DNA of 64,000 bases, from contig CAZCYX010000002.1 in the NCBI GenBank assembly GCA_964503065.1, positions 118-64,117 on the forward strand, read 5' to 3'. Each line of letters opens with the position of its first letter. Position 1 is the stretch's first letter. This stretch comes from an uncultured Candidatus Bathyarchaeia archaeon. GTDB taxonomy: Archaea > Thermoproteota > Bathyarchaeia > Bathyarchaeales > Bathyarchaeaceae. The notes beneath the pieces are model-generated. The model searched no databases. It saw only the letters and a program-made list of their open reading frames with translations, and had not been told where the DNA came from. This document shows, in pieces, positions 49,461 through 59,828 of the stretch. A program made the position numbers and the translations under genes.

Positions 49461-50465
49461 CTAGGTATCAGTCTTTCTAAAGTAGAACTTCTCTTCTTTC
49501 ATTACCTTTGTACTTATCTGGCGGTTCTTCTCAAGCGTTTTAAGCATCCTTTGCGCTGTAAATGAATCTATCCCAAGGGAGAAGGTGATGTCGACTAAAC
49601 GGCAAGGTCTCCTTTCCAAGAGAGCTAAGACCTCTTCTTCTAACGATTTGTGTCTCAGCCACATCACTCGGTTTCCTCTCCTGTCATGTTGACCGTAAAC
49701 CCAGAGTTTTTCTTTACCCAACAATTTTGAAAACTCCTTTGACACCGCTTCAATCCGACTTTGCGGAGGAGGTTTTACAAAGCTCTCGGACGGCGGCCTA
49801 TACGGAACCTCCAGTTGCACTATATCAGGATTTATTTCAAGTACTGCATCCATCAGGTTTCTGAGGGGCTTATCTTTGACGTTCGTGGTCTTTCCGTTCT
49901 CTGTCTGGAGAAGCATCACTTCAAGGGCTAAGAGACCCTTAATTTCACCCTTTAAATTCTTGATAGACTCAACAATTGTTCCTATGTCAAGTTTTTTATC
50001 TGCAGGTCTATTGATGAGCCTAAAGGTTTCATCGTCACCCGCATCCAGTTTCGCCACTACCATACCAAACCCAGAGAGATTCCTCCTAACGTCATTTCTG
50101 TAGAAGAGAGAAGAGTTTGTAAGTATAGCCATGGGCAACTTGTCGATTCTGACTTTCACTTCATCTGCTATCTCACCGAGCCTTAGATTCAACGTGGGTT
50201 CCCCAGTTCCGGAGAAGGTAACGATGTCCACGGTATTCAGGGATATCCGTTTCAACACGTCCTCCAAATCGGTCGACACCTTGTCTGCGCTGACTAAAGG
50301 TTCCCTAATCATCTCCGGCTTTGAGACATGGATCTTTGTCCTCCCAAGTTGGCAGTATAAGCAGTCGAATGTACACTTTTTGGGCGGTGTGATAACATCT
50401 ATTCCTAGAGATCTGCCGAAACGCCAAGAGGGGACAGGCCCATAAATCGTAGACATAGACATCAC
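49461..50465 (-). CDS. Radical SAM protein (COG0731-like)
   Basis: IYGPVPSWRFGRSLGID, CTFDCLYCQ, FSGTGEPTL. Confidence 0.88.
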   Translation of the reverse strand: MMSMSTIYGPVPSWRFGRSLGIDVITPPKKCTFDCLYCQLGRTKIHVSKPEMIREPLVSADKVSTDLEDVLKRISLNTVDIVTFSGTGEPTLNLRLGEIADEVKVRIDKLPMAILTNSSLFYRNDVRRNLSGFGMVVAKLDAGDDETFRLINRPADKKLDIGTIVESIKNLKGEIKGLLALEVMLLQTENGKTTNVKDKPLRNLMDAVLEINPDIVQLEVPYRPPSESFVKPPPQSRIEAVSKEFSKLLGKEKLWVYGQHDRRGNRVMWLRHKSLEEEVLALLERRPCRLVDITFSLGIDSFTAQRMLKTLEKNRQISTKVMKEEKFYFRKTDT

Positions 50466-50771
50466 TTCTCTTCTTATTGAGCATGTTTAATGGTCTTTGG
50501 GTAGATTTTCGTGCGCATGCCAATTTCTAAAAAGTAGACTTTTCTTCTGGGTGATATGAAGTTAGGGCAAGTATTTATCATACATTTGGTGATATACAAA
50601 CAAGGGACGTTATCGCAACAATAACTGCTAAGAAAACTAATTATCGTGACCTTGAAGAGCATTTTTTATTACAATGTCCTCCTGTGCGCGGTAATTTTTC
50701 TTAAGATGCCCTTTCCGTTAGCCTTCACCGATAAATTCTCTGTCTTCAACATAAAGCTCACCTCAGCATGA

Positions 50772-52703
50772 TTAAACCGGTATCAATGTTGTTAGGAATC
50801 TGGTCATCGTTGCCAAAAGAGTGGCTAGAAGTAATGTTAATAAAGCGGATTGAATGGCTGTTTTCCATCCGATTTCTTTACCTATCATTCCAATCGATGT
50901 GAAGCAAGGGATGAAAAAGGTTGTGAAGACGGCGAACGTCAACATCTGAGCGTGGGTAAGAGCAAGTGATAAGTCCCAGGTGCCTAGTGCCTCCGACAGC
51001 ATGATCAATGCTAGCTCCTTTCGAAGTATGCTTAACACTAGCGGTACTCCCGTAAACAATGGAAGTCCTAGTAGGTTTGAGGTTAAGGGCATTAGCAGGT
51101 TGTTAAAGATATTGCTGATCCCGTAAAATTCTATCAATGAAAGAATGACGCTGCTAACTACAAGTATCGGCCATGCAATGATCAGGAACTCCTTCAGCCT
51201 CAGCCATGTCTTCTGAAGCAATATCTTTGGTATCGGTCTCCGAAGGTCTGGAATTTCCAAGATCAAGCCGGGTGTAACCTCCGGCATCAAACGTGAAAGG
51301 ACAAAACCCACAGCCATGATCACTACCAAGTCTAACGCCAATATGGCAAATGCTGCATTCATACCGATATAGAACCCTACCAACCCAAGGATCACGATAA
51401 TTCGTCCACTGCAAGGAACCAAAAGAACCAAGGTGGATGTGATTACTCTGTCACGCCTCGATTCCATAATCCTAGTCGCCATTATCGCGGGGACGCTACA
51501 TCCATACCCAAGGAGCAAAGGAAAGATCGCCTTGCCGTGCAGACCTATCCTATGCATGAAAGTATCGAGCATAAACGCTGCCCTGGGCAGGTAGCCCGCA
51601 TCCTCTAGAACCGCCAAGCCAATCAAAAGCGGAACAACATAAGGGAGGTTCACGGCGAGTCCTCCGGCCACTCCTTGAAGAATGCCATTGGCAAGCGCTC
51701 CGAGTAGCGTATCTCTTCCTAAAAGTGTGTCCACAGGTGTTATAACATATTGAATAAAGGTTGTCATGAGCGGTTCTTGCAAAGCGCTCCCAGCAATGAA
51801 TATGAATTGGAAGAGGGCGTACAATACTGCCGCTGCCACCAAATAGCCCAAGTATGGATGCATCATTATCTCATCTGCCTTGTGAGCAAGACCGATTTTC
51901 GCCTGGGTTACCGTAACTGCTTCTTCAAACCACGCCATGGCAATGGCATGTCTTTCAGAAGATATTACCAGGTCTGAAGGCATCCCCCTATCCGCTTCAA
52001 GCCTAGATTTAACTAGTTCGAACTTCTTTATGAACCCTGAATCGTCACGAAATTTATCCCAAAAGAACTCGTCTTGCTCCAGAATCTTAATCGCTGAGAG
52101 TTTCTTGTCAACGCCTGCGTGTTCCGCCTTCTTCGGTAAGATTTCCATTACATCTGATATGGCTTCTTCCACATCCGATGAGAACTTCGGCGGTTTAGGT
52201 GTGGCAATTGTGGGGTTTCTGGCTACTTTCAACGCGGTAACGAAGAGGTCTAAAACTCCCCTCCCTCGGCTTGCCACGGTGGGAACAACAGGAAGCCCCA
52301 GCAATTTGGACAGTTTCTCAATGTTGATTTTCAGTCCTTTGTGTTCAGTCTCATCCATCATGTTCAAACATATAACGAAGGGTTTACCTAACTGCATCAA
52401 TTGTAAGGTGAATTCCAGACTACGTCCCAATAGAGTGGCATCTATAACGTTGATTACGATATCAGCCTCACCACGCAGAATGTAGTTGCGCGCCTCTAGT
52501 TCAGCGTCGTCTGAAGATGTGAGGGAGTATGTTCCAGGCAGATCGACTAATTCGGCGACTTCTCCTGCAATGCTTACCTTGCTTAAGACATACTGCACAG
52601 TCTTGCCCGGGAAGTTTGAAGTGATTTGACGGTAGCCTGCAACTTGATTAAAGAGGGTGCTTTTGCCAGAATTCGGCTGTCCAGCTAGGGCGATCCTTAT
52701 CAT
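50772..52703 (-). CDS. feoB: Ferrous iron transporter B
   Basis: G1 GQPNSGKS, NFPGKTV, DLPGTYSL, NMMD; GCSVPAIMATR, PCSGR. Confidence 0.95.
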   Translation of the reverse strand: MIRIALAGQPNSGKSTLFNQVAGYRQITSNFPGKTVQYVLSKVSIAGEVAELVDLPGTYSLTSSDDAELEARNYILRGEADIVINVIDATLLGRSLEFTLQLMQLGKPFVICLNMMDETEHKGLKINIEKLSKLLGLPVVPTVASRGRGVLDLFVTALKVARNPTIATPKPPKFSSDVEEAISDVMEILPKKAEHAGVDKKLSAIKILEQDEFFWDKFRDDSGFIKKFELVKSRLEADRGMPSDLVISSERHAIAMAWFEEAVTVTQAKIGLAHKADEIMMHPYLGYLVAAAVLYALFQFIFIAGSALQEPLMTTFIQYVITPVDTLLGRDTLLGALANGILQGVAGGLAVNLPYVVPLLIGLAVLEDAGYLPRAAFMLDTFMHRIGLHGKAIFPLLLGYGCSVPAIMATRIMESRRDRVITSTLVLLVPCSGRIIVILGLVGFYIGMNAAFAILALDLVVIMAVGFVLSRLMPEVTPGLILEIPDLRRPIPKILLQKTWLRLKEFLIIAWPILVVSSVILSLIEFYGISNIFNNLLMPLTSNLLGLPLFTGVPLVLSILRKELALIMLSEALGTWDLSLALTHAQMLTFAVFTTFFIPCFTSIGMIGKEIGWKTAIQSALLTLLLATLLATMTRFLTTLIPV

Positions 52704-52933
52704 TTACAAAGTTCCACCAATACTTTATCTGCCACCGTTCTTCCAATACCGATTTTTTTTCCTTGTATATCCAGTAGCAATCCTCCTCTGAACCCCGCTT
52801 CTTTCTCAACTGTTACTTTTATCCCAGGAAGCACACCCAACTTTGCAAGATGTTGCCTAACTCTGAGGTTGCCTTTTATCTTAAGGACAGTGCACGATGA
52901 ACCCGTTTGAACATCGCTGAGCCTAACAGACAT
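52700..52933 (-). CDS. feoA: Ferrous iron transport protein A
   Basis: LAKLGVLPG..V, IGIGR; GGTGAT RBS before ATG 52933; ATGA overlap with feoB. Confidence 0.88.
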   Translation of the reverse strand: MSVRLSDVQTGSSCTVLKIKGNLRVRQHLAKLGVLPGIKVTVEKEAGFRGGLLLDIQGKKIGIGRTVADKVLVELCK

Positions 52934-53195
52934 ATGTCCAATCACCCTTGCCATCTCTGGATTAAAAATAACTTCCGAATAATCCTTCATGGAACCTTTC
53001 TTTAATACATTTTGTGTTCTTCCCCAAATTGAAATCAAATCTGTTCGAATGACTCACTTATTCCAGGTCGTTTAACCTTCGTCCATAAACCTTCTTCTGT
53101 AAGCCGTTTTTTGGCGCGCGGTCTGCTTTCGCTCGAAAAGACGTGAAAAACTTAAGTTTAATGAACACTTACCATTCCTGACGATAGGTGGCCGG

Positions 53196-53930
53196 ATGTT
53201 ATTATTAATAATTGCAAGTTCGTTTTTGATTAGTCTTATTGCCTTCGTTGGAGTCGTTAGCCTTGCAGTTAAGGATGAGGTACTTGACAAGATTTTGTTG
53301 TGTCTGGTAGGATTTGCTGCAGGCGCCCTAATAGGTGGAGCATTCTTACACCTGTTACCTGAAACGGTAGAAAAATCCACAAGCATGAATGTTTTTCTAG
53401 CCTTGTCTTTCGGCTTTTTCCTGTTCTTCTTACTAGAAAAACTGTTATGGCGCCACTGTCACAAAGCCAAATGTGAAATCCATCCGTTTGCCTACATAAA
53501 CCTGATCGGCGATGGAGTTCACAACTTCATCGATGGTCTCGTAATGGCTGCAAGCTTTGTAAGTGACACTCAACTTGGAATCGTCACCTCTTTGGCCGTG
53601 GCCTTCCACGAAATTCCGCAAGAAATTGGAGATTTCGGAGTCTTAATTTACGGCGGTCTCCAAAAGTCAAGGGCCTTGATTTTGAATTTCTTTACTGCTC
53701 TGACGGTTATTATCGGAGGAGTCATAGGATATTTTCTCTCATCATACATAGGAGAATATATGATTTTTATTTTGCCTTTCACAGCAGGGGGCTTCATCTA
53801 CATAGCCGCTTCGGATCTGATTCCTGAACTCCACAAAGAAGTTAACCCAAGAAGGTCATTGGCATCCTTTACTGTTTTACTCTTGGGCTTCGTATTTATG
53901 CTATTCGTAAAACTTTATTTTTCGCATTAA
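53196..53930 (+). CDS. ZIP-family metal transporter
   Basis: FLHLLPE, HNFIDG, HEIPQEIGDF, DLIPEL. Confidence 0.92.
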   Translation: MLLLIIASSFLISLIAFVGVVSLAVKDEVLDKILLCLVGFAAGALIGGAFLHLLPETVEKSTSMNVFLALSFGFFLFFLLEKLLWRHCHKAKCEIHPFAYINLIGDGVHNFIDGLVMAASFVSDTQLGIVTSLAVAFHEIPQEIGDFGVLIYGGLQKSRALILNFFTALTVIIGGVIGYFLSSYIGEYMIFILPFTAGGFIYIAASDLIPELHKEVNPRRSLASFTVLLLGFVFMLFVKLYFSH

Positions 53931-54025
53931 AAGGAGAGAACATCTAGTTAAAGAACAAGCGGTTTACAAAATGAAAACATGCATGCACACATGACGTGGT
54001 TCTTCAACCTAAAAGAGTGAAAAAG

Positions 54026-54760
54026 ATGGAAGAGGTAAAATCCGTTAGAATAACGACCATTGTTGATAATGATGTTTGGAAGGAAGGGTTAGCACCTAGT
54101 TGGGGGCTTTCTTTTTTTGTCGAGAGTTTTTCAGATGATGAAAAACATAGTGTTTTAATGGATACCAGTGGTTCCTTCAAAACCTTCTTCAACAACGCAT
54201 TGAAACTTGGCTTAAATCTGTCCGTAATCGAGGCTGTCTTGATTTCGCATTGGCACGGAGACCATTGTGGAGCATTAAGCCAAGTCTTATCTTTATTAAA
54301 GCCACAGACTCCAGTTTATTTGCCGTCTGAAAATTCATTTGGGATAAAAGAGATAAGGGCAGCAGACGGCCTACCAGTGATTTGTCAAAAACCCATTGAG
54401 TTTATTGGCGGTATGATGTCTACTGGCGAAGTGTCTGATGGATTAAGCGAGCATTCTTTATTAAGTAATGTAAAAGGAGAATCAGTCGTCTTAACAGGCT
54501 GCAGTCATCCCGGACTCGTTAATATTCTTAAACGTGCACAAAAAGTTTCAGGCACAGAAAAGATGTATGCAGTCATAGGCGGTTTCCACATTTCCGGCAT
54601 AAACGAAGGTTTAAAAATGGGTGAATTCCTGCTAAAGCTAAATGTTAGACTTGTTTCTCCATGTCACTGCACGTCAGATGATGCAAAACAAGCAATCGCA
54701 AAGCTCCTCGGCAGAAGATATGTGGAAAATGGTTCTGGAAAAATAATATCGATTAGTTAG
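54026..54760 (+). CDS. MBL-fold metallo-hydrolase (COG1237 type)
   Basis: WGLS, DTSG, SHWHGDH, GCSHPG, GGFH, HCT. Confidence 0.88.
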   Translation: MEEVKSVRITTIVDNDVWKEGLAPSWGLSFFVESFSDDEKHSVLMDTSGSFKTFFNNALKLGLNLSVIEAVLISHWHGDHCGALSQVLSLLKPQTPVYLPSENSFGIKEIRAADGLPVICQKPIEFIGGMMSTGEVSDGLSEHSLLSNVKGESVVLTGCSHPGLVNILKRAQKVSGTEKMYAVIGGFHISGINEGLKMGEFLLKLNVRLVSPCHCTSDDAKQAIAKLLGRRYVENGSGKIISIS

Positions 54761-54824
54761 CATTTCAAAATGCGTTTTTGGTTTCGCCCTCTTCAACTTC
54801 TTTTAATGTATGTCTAAGCTATAC

Positions 54825-55586
54825 TCAATACCCAGCCTTAGCTAATATCTGCCTTACCGAACGATATGCAGGAGATGTAGAAGGCAACTCCTGCAGAGAC
54901 TTTCCAGACAAAATGTATTCTTCAACCTGCTCATCATACGCTATTTTTCCCAAGTATTCGAGCTGCGTAACTTCTTTAGCCCTCGTTTCTATATGCTCTG
55001 GAAACCGGAAACCTCCGATAACATAGAAGTTTTTGAAGTTGATCTCAACCTCTTTGGCGATTCGATAGGCACGTTGCACATGGTTAAAGGATTTTTTGGA
55101 TGGGTCGATTATGTCGAAGATGTCGTCCACTTGCGACGCGATTCTGCGATTTAGGTGCTCTATGCCCGCTGGCGAGTCAATGAGCACGTATTTGTAGGTT
55201 TTCGCTAAACCTTCTAGAGCTCGCTTCAGCGCTGCGTCTGGTAAACAGTAACAACCTTCTATGAATTTTGTTCCAACGGCGATGAGATCGAAGAACTCGC
55301 TTTCATACAGTCCATCCGCCCATATTCTGCTTTCAATCCGTTCTGAGGGTGGAACTCCAACGGTGGTTCCGCCTTTTTCTAAGAAAGTGTCTATCAACAG
55401 TTCCGAAATCGTCTTCTTCCCAGACTGTTTCAGGTCAACACCAACCATTTCCCCAAGATTTTGATCCGGATCAACATCAACAAGAAGAAGTGGAGTCTCT
55501 CCGATTTCGATAAAGTGCTTCGCCATCAGCGCAACAAAACTTGTCTTGCCAGTTCCTCCACGACCCATGGTAACAATTCTTTTCAT
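54825..55586 (-). CDS. cooC: CooC/AcsF-type nickel-insertion ATPase
   Basis: GRGGTGKT, VDVDPD.NL, GCYC, DSPAGIEHL.R; directly downstream of cdhE. Confidence 0.85.
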   Translation of the reverse strand: MKRIVTMGRGGTGKTSFVALMAKHFIEIGETPLLLVDVDPDQNLGEMVGVDLKQSGKKTISELLIDTFLEKGGTTVGVPPSERIESRIWADGLYESEFFDLIAVGTKFIEGCYCLPDAALKRALEGLAKTYKYVLIDSPAGIEHLNRRIASQVDDIFDIIDPSKKSFNHVQRAYRIAKEVEINFKNFYVIGGFRFPEHIETRAKEVTQLEYLGKIAYDEQVEEYILSGKSLQELPSTSPAYRSVRQILAKAGY

Positions 55587-55762
55587 ATGGTTTCCTCGCA
55601 GCTTTTGTTCGTATAGATATTTATTCGCTGTTTTGTAAACCTTTCGAGAAGTTCAATATGCACGTGTTTCTAGATTTGTTAATACACTCGCCAGAGGAAA
55701 ACACAGAAAAATTGTTTCTTCTTCTTCATTTCAATGTTTTCGTGAGGGATTGGAGAAGTGAT

Positions 55763-57205
55763 CTAGTCTCCTTTCGGGGGCCACTTCTCCTTTAGGAATC
55801 CTGGTATTCCAGAGGAGTCTTTTGTACCTACCATAACGTGCCATCCAGTAAGGTCTTCTAATTCTCCGCTTAATCTAGCGGCTAGACCCGGTATGATGAG
55901 GTATCTATGCTTAACTTTCTGCTCTACACCTGATCCCTTAACTGCCTCTGCAGCTGTCTCCGCTGTCAGTAACCTCCCGGCGATTGAACTCTCAACGCTG
56001 ATTCCTCCAGTGTCAACTACAATTAGGTAGCAGTCTGCACCAGATGATTTGATGTCAGCCTCAACCGTAAAATACGTTAAAGCATAGTTGGTGGTGAGCA
56101 TCACTGGCGAGTTCTCATCGGGCTTTCCGAAGGTTTTCAGCCCAGATTCAACTGAAACTGGCTTCCTTGGGTCCGTGTATATGTTGAATCTCCATACAAG
56201 GTTTGGTAGTTGAACCCATCCATCGAGGCTGTGCATTATCAGTATGTCGGCGTATCTGGAGATCAGCATGGAGGCAACGTAGGCTTCTCTCCACGCTAAC
56301 ACTTCTTTTGGGGCTTCTTCGCCGATCCAAGCGGTGAGGGGTGTTCCCATGAGGGGGAAGCCGAGTAGTTCATCTCCTCTCTTGCATGTATTCCTTCTCG
56401 TCATTGTAAAGTTGTTGATAGTGTCCGCTATTCCATCTTCAGCAAATGTCCCAGGATCAAGCACTAAATCCTTAACCCCATATTCAATCATTGTCTTTGC
56501 TAGGGATTTCAAAAGCTTGAGATTGTTTGGAGCAAAGATGGTTAATGGACAATTGTACATCAGTGCAAGTTCAGCCATGTCCTTCCAGTTGTCCTTAGTT
56601 GCTGCATAGATCAGCGGCTTCCTATCCTTCACCGCGACTATCCCAGCCTCCATAACGTTGGGGTTAAACGTGCATAAGATCAGCGGTAACTTCGTGGCTT
56701 TGGCAACCTTCTCTACGGTTGACTTGAAGGTTGCTGGATCGTTCGATGTTGACCTGATGGCTATCATATCGAGGTTAACTTCCCTTCCGATGTATTCGTA
56801 GGAGAAATCTTCAATCTTCTTCACTTTGTCGAGAAGCTTCTCCTCAGGCATCTCATCTGTCACTTCTATTGCTATGGGCGTTGGGTTATGGTACGTGAAC
56901 TCATGGCGGTACATCACCAGTTTGCCACCGATCTTGACCGCACGGTCGCCCGTGCCGATGGTGACTTCCTTTACTGCTGGCGCCATCATTTCTTGGAGTT
57001 TCTTGTACTCCTTTTCGTATTTCTTTTCTAAAAGCGGGGGGCACTGTTCTATGGTGACTTCTCGGTTAACAAGTTTGGTTGCGAAAGCCATGCAGTTAGT
57101 TTCTCCACACTCCTTGCAGTTCGTTCTGGGAAGCAACATGTAAACGTCAATTGGGCTGAGTTCCTTTATGCCCTTCTTGAGTTCTCTTTCGCTCACATCT
57201 TCCAC
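55763..57205 (-). CDS. cdhE: ACDS gamma subunit (corrinoid/Fe-S protein, large)
   Basis: LPRTNCKECG..CMAFA, TTNYALTY, DTGGISV, IIPGLAA. Confidence 0.95.
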   Translation of the reverse strand: MEDVSERELKKGIKELSPIDVYMLLPRTNCKECGETNCMAFATKLVNREVTIEQCPPLLEKKYEKEYKKLQEMMAPAVKEVTIGTGDRAVKIGGKLVMYRHEFTYHNPTPIAIEVTDEMPEEKLLDKVKKIEDFSYEYIGREVNLDMIAIRSTSNDPATFKSTVEKVAKATKLPLILCTFNPNVMEAGIVAVKDRKPLIYAATKDNWKDMAELALMYNCPLTIFAPNNLKLLKSLAKTMIEYGVKDLVLDPGTFAEDGIADTINNFTMTRRNTCKRGDELLGFPLMGTPLTAWIGEEAPKEVLAWREAYVASMLISRYADILIMHSLDGWVQLPNLVWRFNIYTDPRKPVSVESGLKTFGKPDENSPVMLTTNYALTYFTVEADIKSSGADCYLIVVDTGGISVESSIAGRLLTAETAAEAVKGSGVEQKVKHRYLIIPGLAARLSGELEDLTGWHVMVGTKDSSGIPGFLKEKWPPKGD

Positions 57206-57209
57206 TCCC

Positions 57210-58433
57210 TTATATCTTTGCAGTGATCCAGTTAGCTATCTTCTCTGGCCTAGCCTTGCCTGTTCCCATCAATTGTTTTATAACTTCATTTAGTGTTCTA
57301 ACGGCGGCGGGATGCATCATCATGAACAGGTCAACCCCAGCCAAGAGCAGACTCAACGCGGTTACCGTCTCCCATATAGGCCCCCTTAGCTCTCTCGGCT
57401 CCCACTCCGGTCCCATCTTCATCCAAGCCTCCCTTGCAGCCCAAGCGTTGGTGGTTCCAGATAAGACTGGGTGTTGAAGCTCTGGGTCGCCCATGAGTGC
57501 TGCCAATCTGGCACGTTCGAAAATGGTGAAGGAGTATTCAAGTCCGTAGCCTAGAGCAGCCGTTGTCAGGTCCATTAGTATTCTATCTTTGGGTAGGAAT
57601 TCGTAGAGTCTTCTGTTCAGTTCCCTTGCCCGATTCAAATCTAAGGCTGTAAATGCAAGCACTACGTGACCGTGTTTATTAGCAGCCTTTGCTACATCAT
57701 CAAGGACACCAGCCTCAGCCATGTCTAATGTGACGGAACTGAGCACAACTCTCTCGCCTTCAGCTACTTCAGCTATCTTCCTGAACAATAAGGCGTCCTT
57801 TTTCGGGTCTCCACAACCCCCAACGATAATGGGAACATCTACAGCTTGCAGTACCTTCTCTATCGTTTTCGAAGCATCCGCTGGGGATGTATCCTTGATA
57901 AGGGGGTCTGTGCTCACCAGATGAACTGTAACCATTTCAGCCCCGAACTTCTTAACCGCAAGCTTGGCCCATTCAGCCGGGTCTTCCATAACCTCCTGAA
58001 CATGCATCCTTATAGCCTTAGGGAGCGGCACCTCCGTATCGAACACATCTAAGGAGACCACAGGTGAATTTGGCGGAGGTCTCTCAAACATGTAAAATGC
58101 TGGAGAGGTTGCGCCTCCAATCACTATAGCCTTAGCCCGAGAACCCCCCTCACTCTTGGTTGCCCCGAGCTTTACTTCCTCGATTCGCCCTGGATACTGC
58201 TCGACTGGGGGAACAAAGTCTGCTTCAAGAATAGTTGTTGGTTTCAGTTTAGGCGGTGCAAGAATCTTCGGCGGAGCGACTACTGCACCTGGCTGAAAAT
58301 GAAGTTCCAAGTCACCGAGTTCTATTTCCACGTCTTCGAGTTCTACTTCTTCGAAATTGCGTAGAAGGTCAAAGAGTCCAGGATCAATCTTGATGCCAGC
58401 CTCTTTTTCCTTCTTTTCTCCCACCGTTTTCAC
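57210..58433 (-). CDS. cdhD: ACDS delta subunit (corrinoid/Fe-S protein, small)
   Basis: GGCGDPKKD, ALGYGLEY, NAWAAREAW, MMHP. Confidence 0.95.
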   Translation of the reverse strand: MKTVGEKKEKEAGIKIDPGLFDLLRNFEEVELEDVEIELGDLELHFQPGAVVAPPKILAPPKLKPTTILEADFVPPVEQYPGRIEEVKLGATKSEGGSRAKAIVIGGATSPAFYMFERPPPNSPVVSLDVFDTEVPLPKAIRMHVQEVMEDPAEWAKLAVKKFGAEMVTVHLVSTDPLIKDTSPADASKTIEKVLQAVDVPIIVGGCGDPKKDALLFRKIAEVAEGERVVLSSVTLDMAEAGVLDDVAKAANKHGHVVLAFTALDLNRARELNRRLYEFLPKDRILMDLTTAALGYGLEYSFTIFERARLAALMGDPELQHPVLSGTTNAWAAREAWMKMGPEWEPRELRGPIWETVTALSLLLAGVDLFMMMHPAAVRTLNEVIKQLMGTGKARPEKIANWITAKI

Positions 58434-59827
58434 CTCGTCTTCTTTTCCTTCTCAGTCCTCTTAATGATGAGTTTCTCTGCATGAATTTTTGCGTTCTTGA
58501 GAATTATTTTGAACCCGCCACCTGCGGCAATTGCGGCTGTTGGAAGAGTCAAAGGCGCAGCTGGAATCTCTTCTTCCTTCATCTCAGGTGCGGCTTCAAC
58601 TGGTATCTCCTTCCATTGCTGAACAACTGGATGCTCATGATCTTTGAGGAAGGCTCTTAATTCGTCCACTGTCTTTGCATCATTTTCAGTGGCTATTTTA
58701 TCAACAATTTCCTTGGGTATGAAGTCTTTAACTCGCTCTTTGACGCTTGCGGGCATCCACACAATGCGGTTCCACCCGCCGTCAACCTGGAGAAACTTGG
58801 GGGACCTCATGTACTCGATGGATATGCCGTGGAAGCCATCTACTTGCCTTCCTCCAGCAGTGGAATCTGCTAAGGTAGAGAAGGGCAGGCCATTGACAGT
58901 TACGTCCTTGAAGCCTCGATGAACAATTCCTAAGCCGTCCACCTCAGGTATGTAAAAGGCTACGCCCTCAAAGCAGCCACAGGAGGTGTGGGGGTAATCA
59001 AAGGCGGTGTATAACCATACGCGGTTTATCTCTCCCATGGTTTTCTCCTTCAGTGTTGCGTTGGCTCCTATGTATTCTCCTTTGAACGGGTCGAGGCATT
59101 CACCTTTTTCGATCGTGAAAACTGGACCTTTAGGGTCTACTCGCGCTGAGGCTCTGCCGTCGAACCAGCTGATGGACCCGCAGTTAGAGTATCTTTGGGG
59201 CGTGATTACACAGCAGTGGGTTGGGGCGAAGGATTGGCAGAGGGTGCATCCATAGAACGCATCTGCCTCCTCGTCTTTCATTCCTCGGGCTTTGGCGTCG
59301 CGGGCTTCATAAACTTTCAAAGCTTTGTCATACATTTCCTTGACCCTTGCAGGGTCGGTGATGAATGTGATTTGTATTTTCTTGATGAATGAGAGCTCGC
59401 TTTTGAAAAGTCTCTGCAAGACCTTTCCTATTAGATTGAAAGAGTTTAGTCCTTTCCCGAAGGATTTCTTGTTCAGTCGAAGCCAGATGTCGTAGCGTTG
59501 GTTTAGGTGCATAAATCCTTCAATGAAGTTGCAGTATTCATGGATGCGTCGCTCTATGACACCTTCCAGATCTTCCTCAACTTCTTTGCCAGCGACCTCA
59601 ATGTAGATGCCGAGTGGATAGCTGCTTCCCGCTTTCATGTCTTTGATGTCAGGGCCAACTACGGTTATCTTCCCATCTTCGATTTTATCTAGACCTTTTA
59701 CTCTTACGAGTTCAAATTTTGCTTCTTGTTGTGGACCTCCAAGTTCCACATGCATGTCTTTTCTTCGAATTCTTTCTCCCTCGTAGATCACTCCAACGTC
59801 TACTGGGATGTCTTCAAACATGGACAT
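58430..59827 (-). CDS. cdhC: ACDS beta subunit (acetyl-CoA synthase)
   Basis: YEGERIR, GCTLCQSFAP, PHTSCGCFE A-cluster ligands, DGGWNRIVWMP. Confidence 0.96.
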   Translation of the reverse strand: MSMFEDIPVDVGVIYEGERIRRKDMHVELGGPQQEAKFELVRVKGLDKIEDGKITVVGPDIKDMKAGSSYPLGIYIEVAGKEVEEDLEGVIERRIHEYCNFIEGFMHLNQRYDIWLRLNKKSFGKGLNSFNLIGKVLQRLFKSELSFIKKIQITFITDPARVKEMYDKALKVYEARDAKARGMKDEEADAFYGCTLCQSFAPTHCCVITPQRYSNCGSISWFDGRASARVDPKGPVFTIEKGECLDPFKGEYIGANATLKEKTMGEINRVWLYTAFDYPHTSCGCFEGVAFYIPEVDGLGIVHRGFKDVTVNGLPFSTLADSTAGGRQVDGFHGISIEYMRSPKFLQVDGGWNRIVWMPASVKERVKDFIPKEIVDKIATENDAKTVDELRAFLKDHEHPVVQQWKEIPVEAAPEMKEEEIPAAPLTLPTAAIAAGGGFKIILKNAKIHAEKLIIKRTEKEKKTR

Positions 59828-59828
59828 T

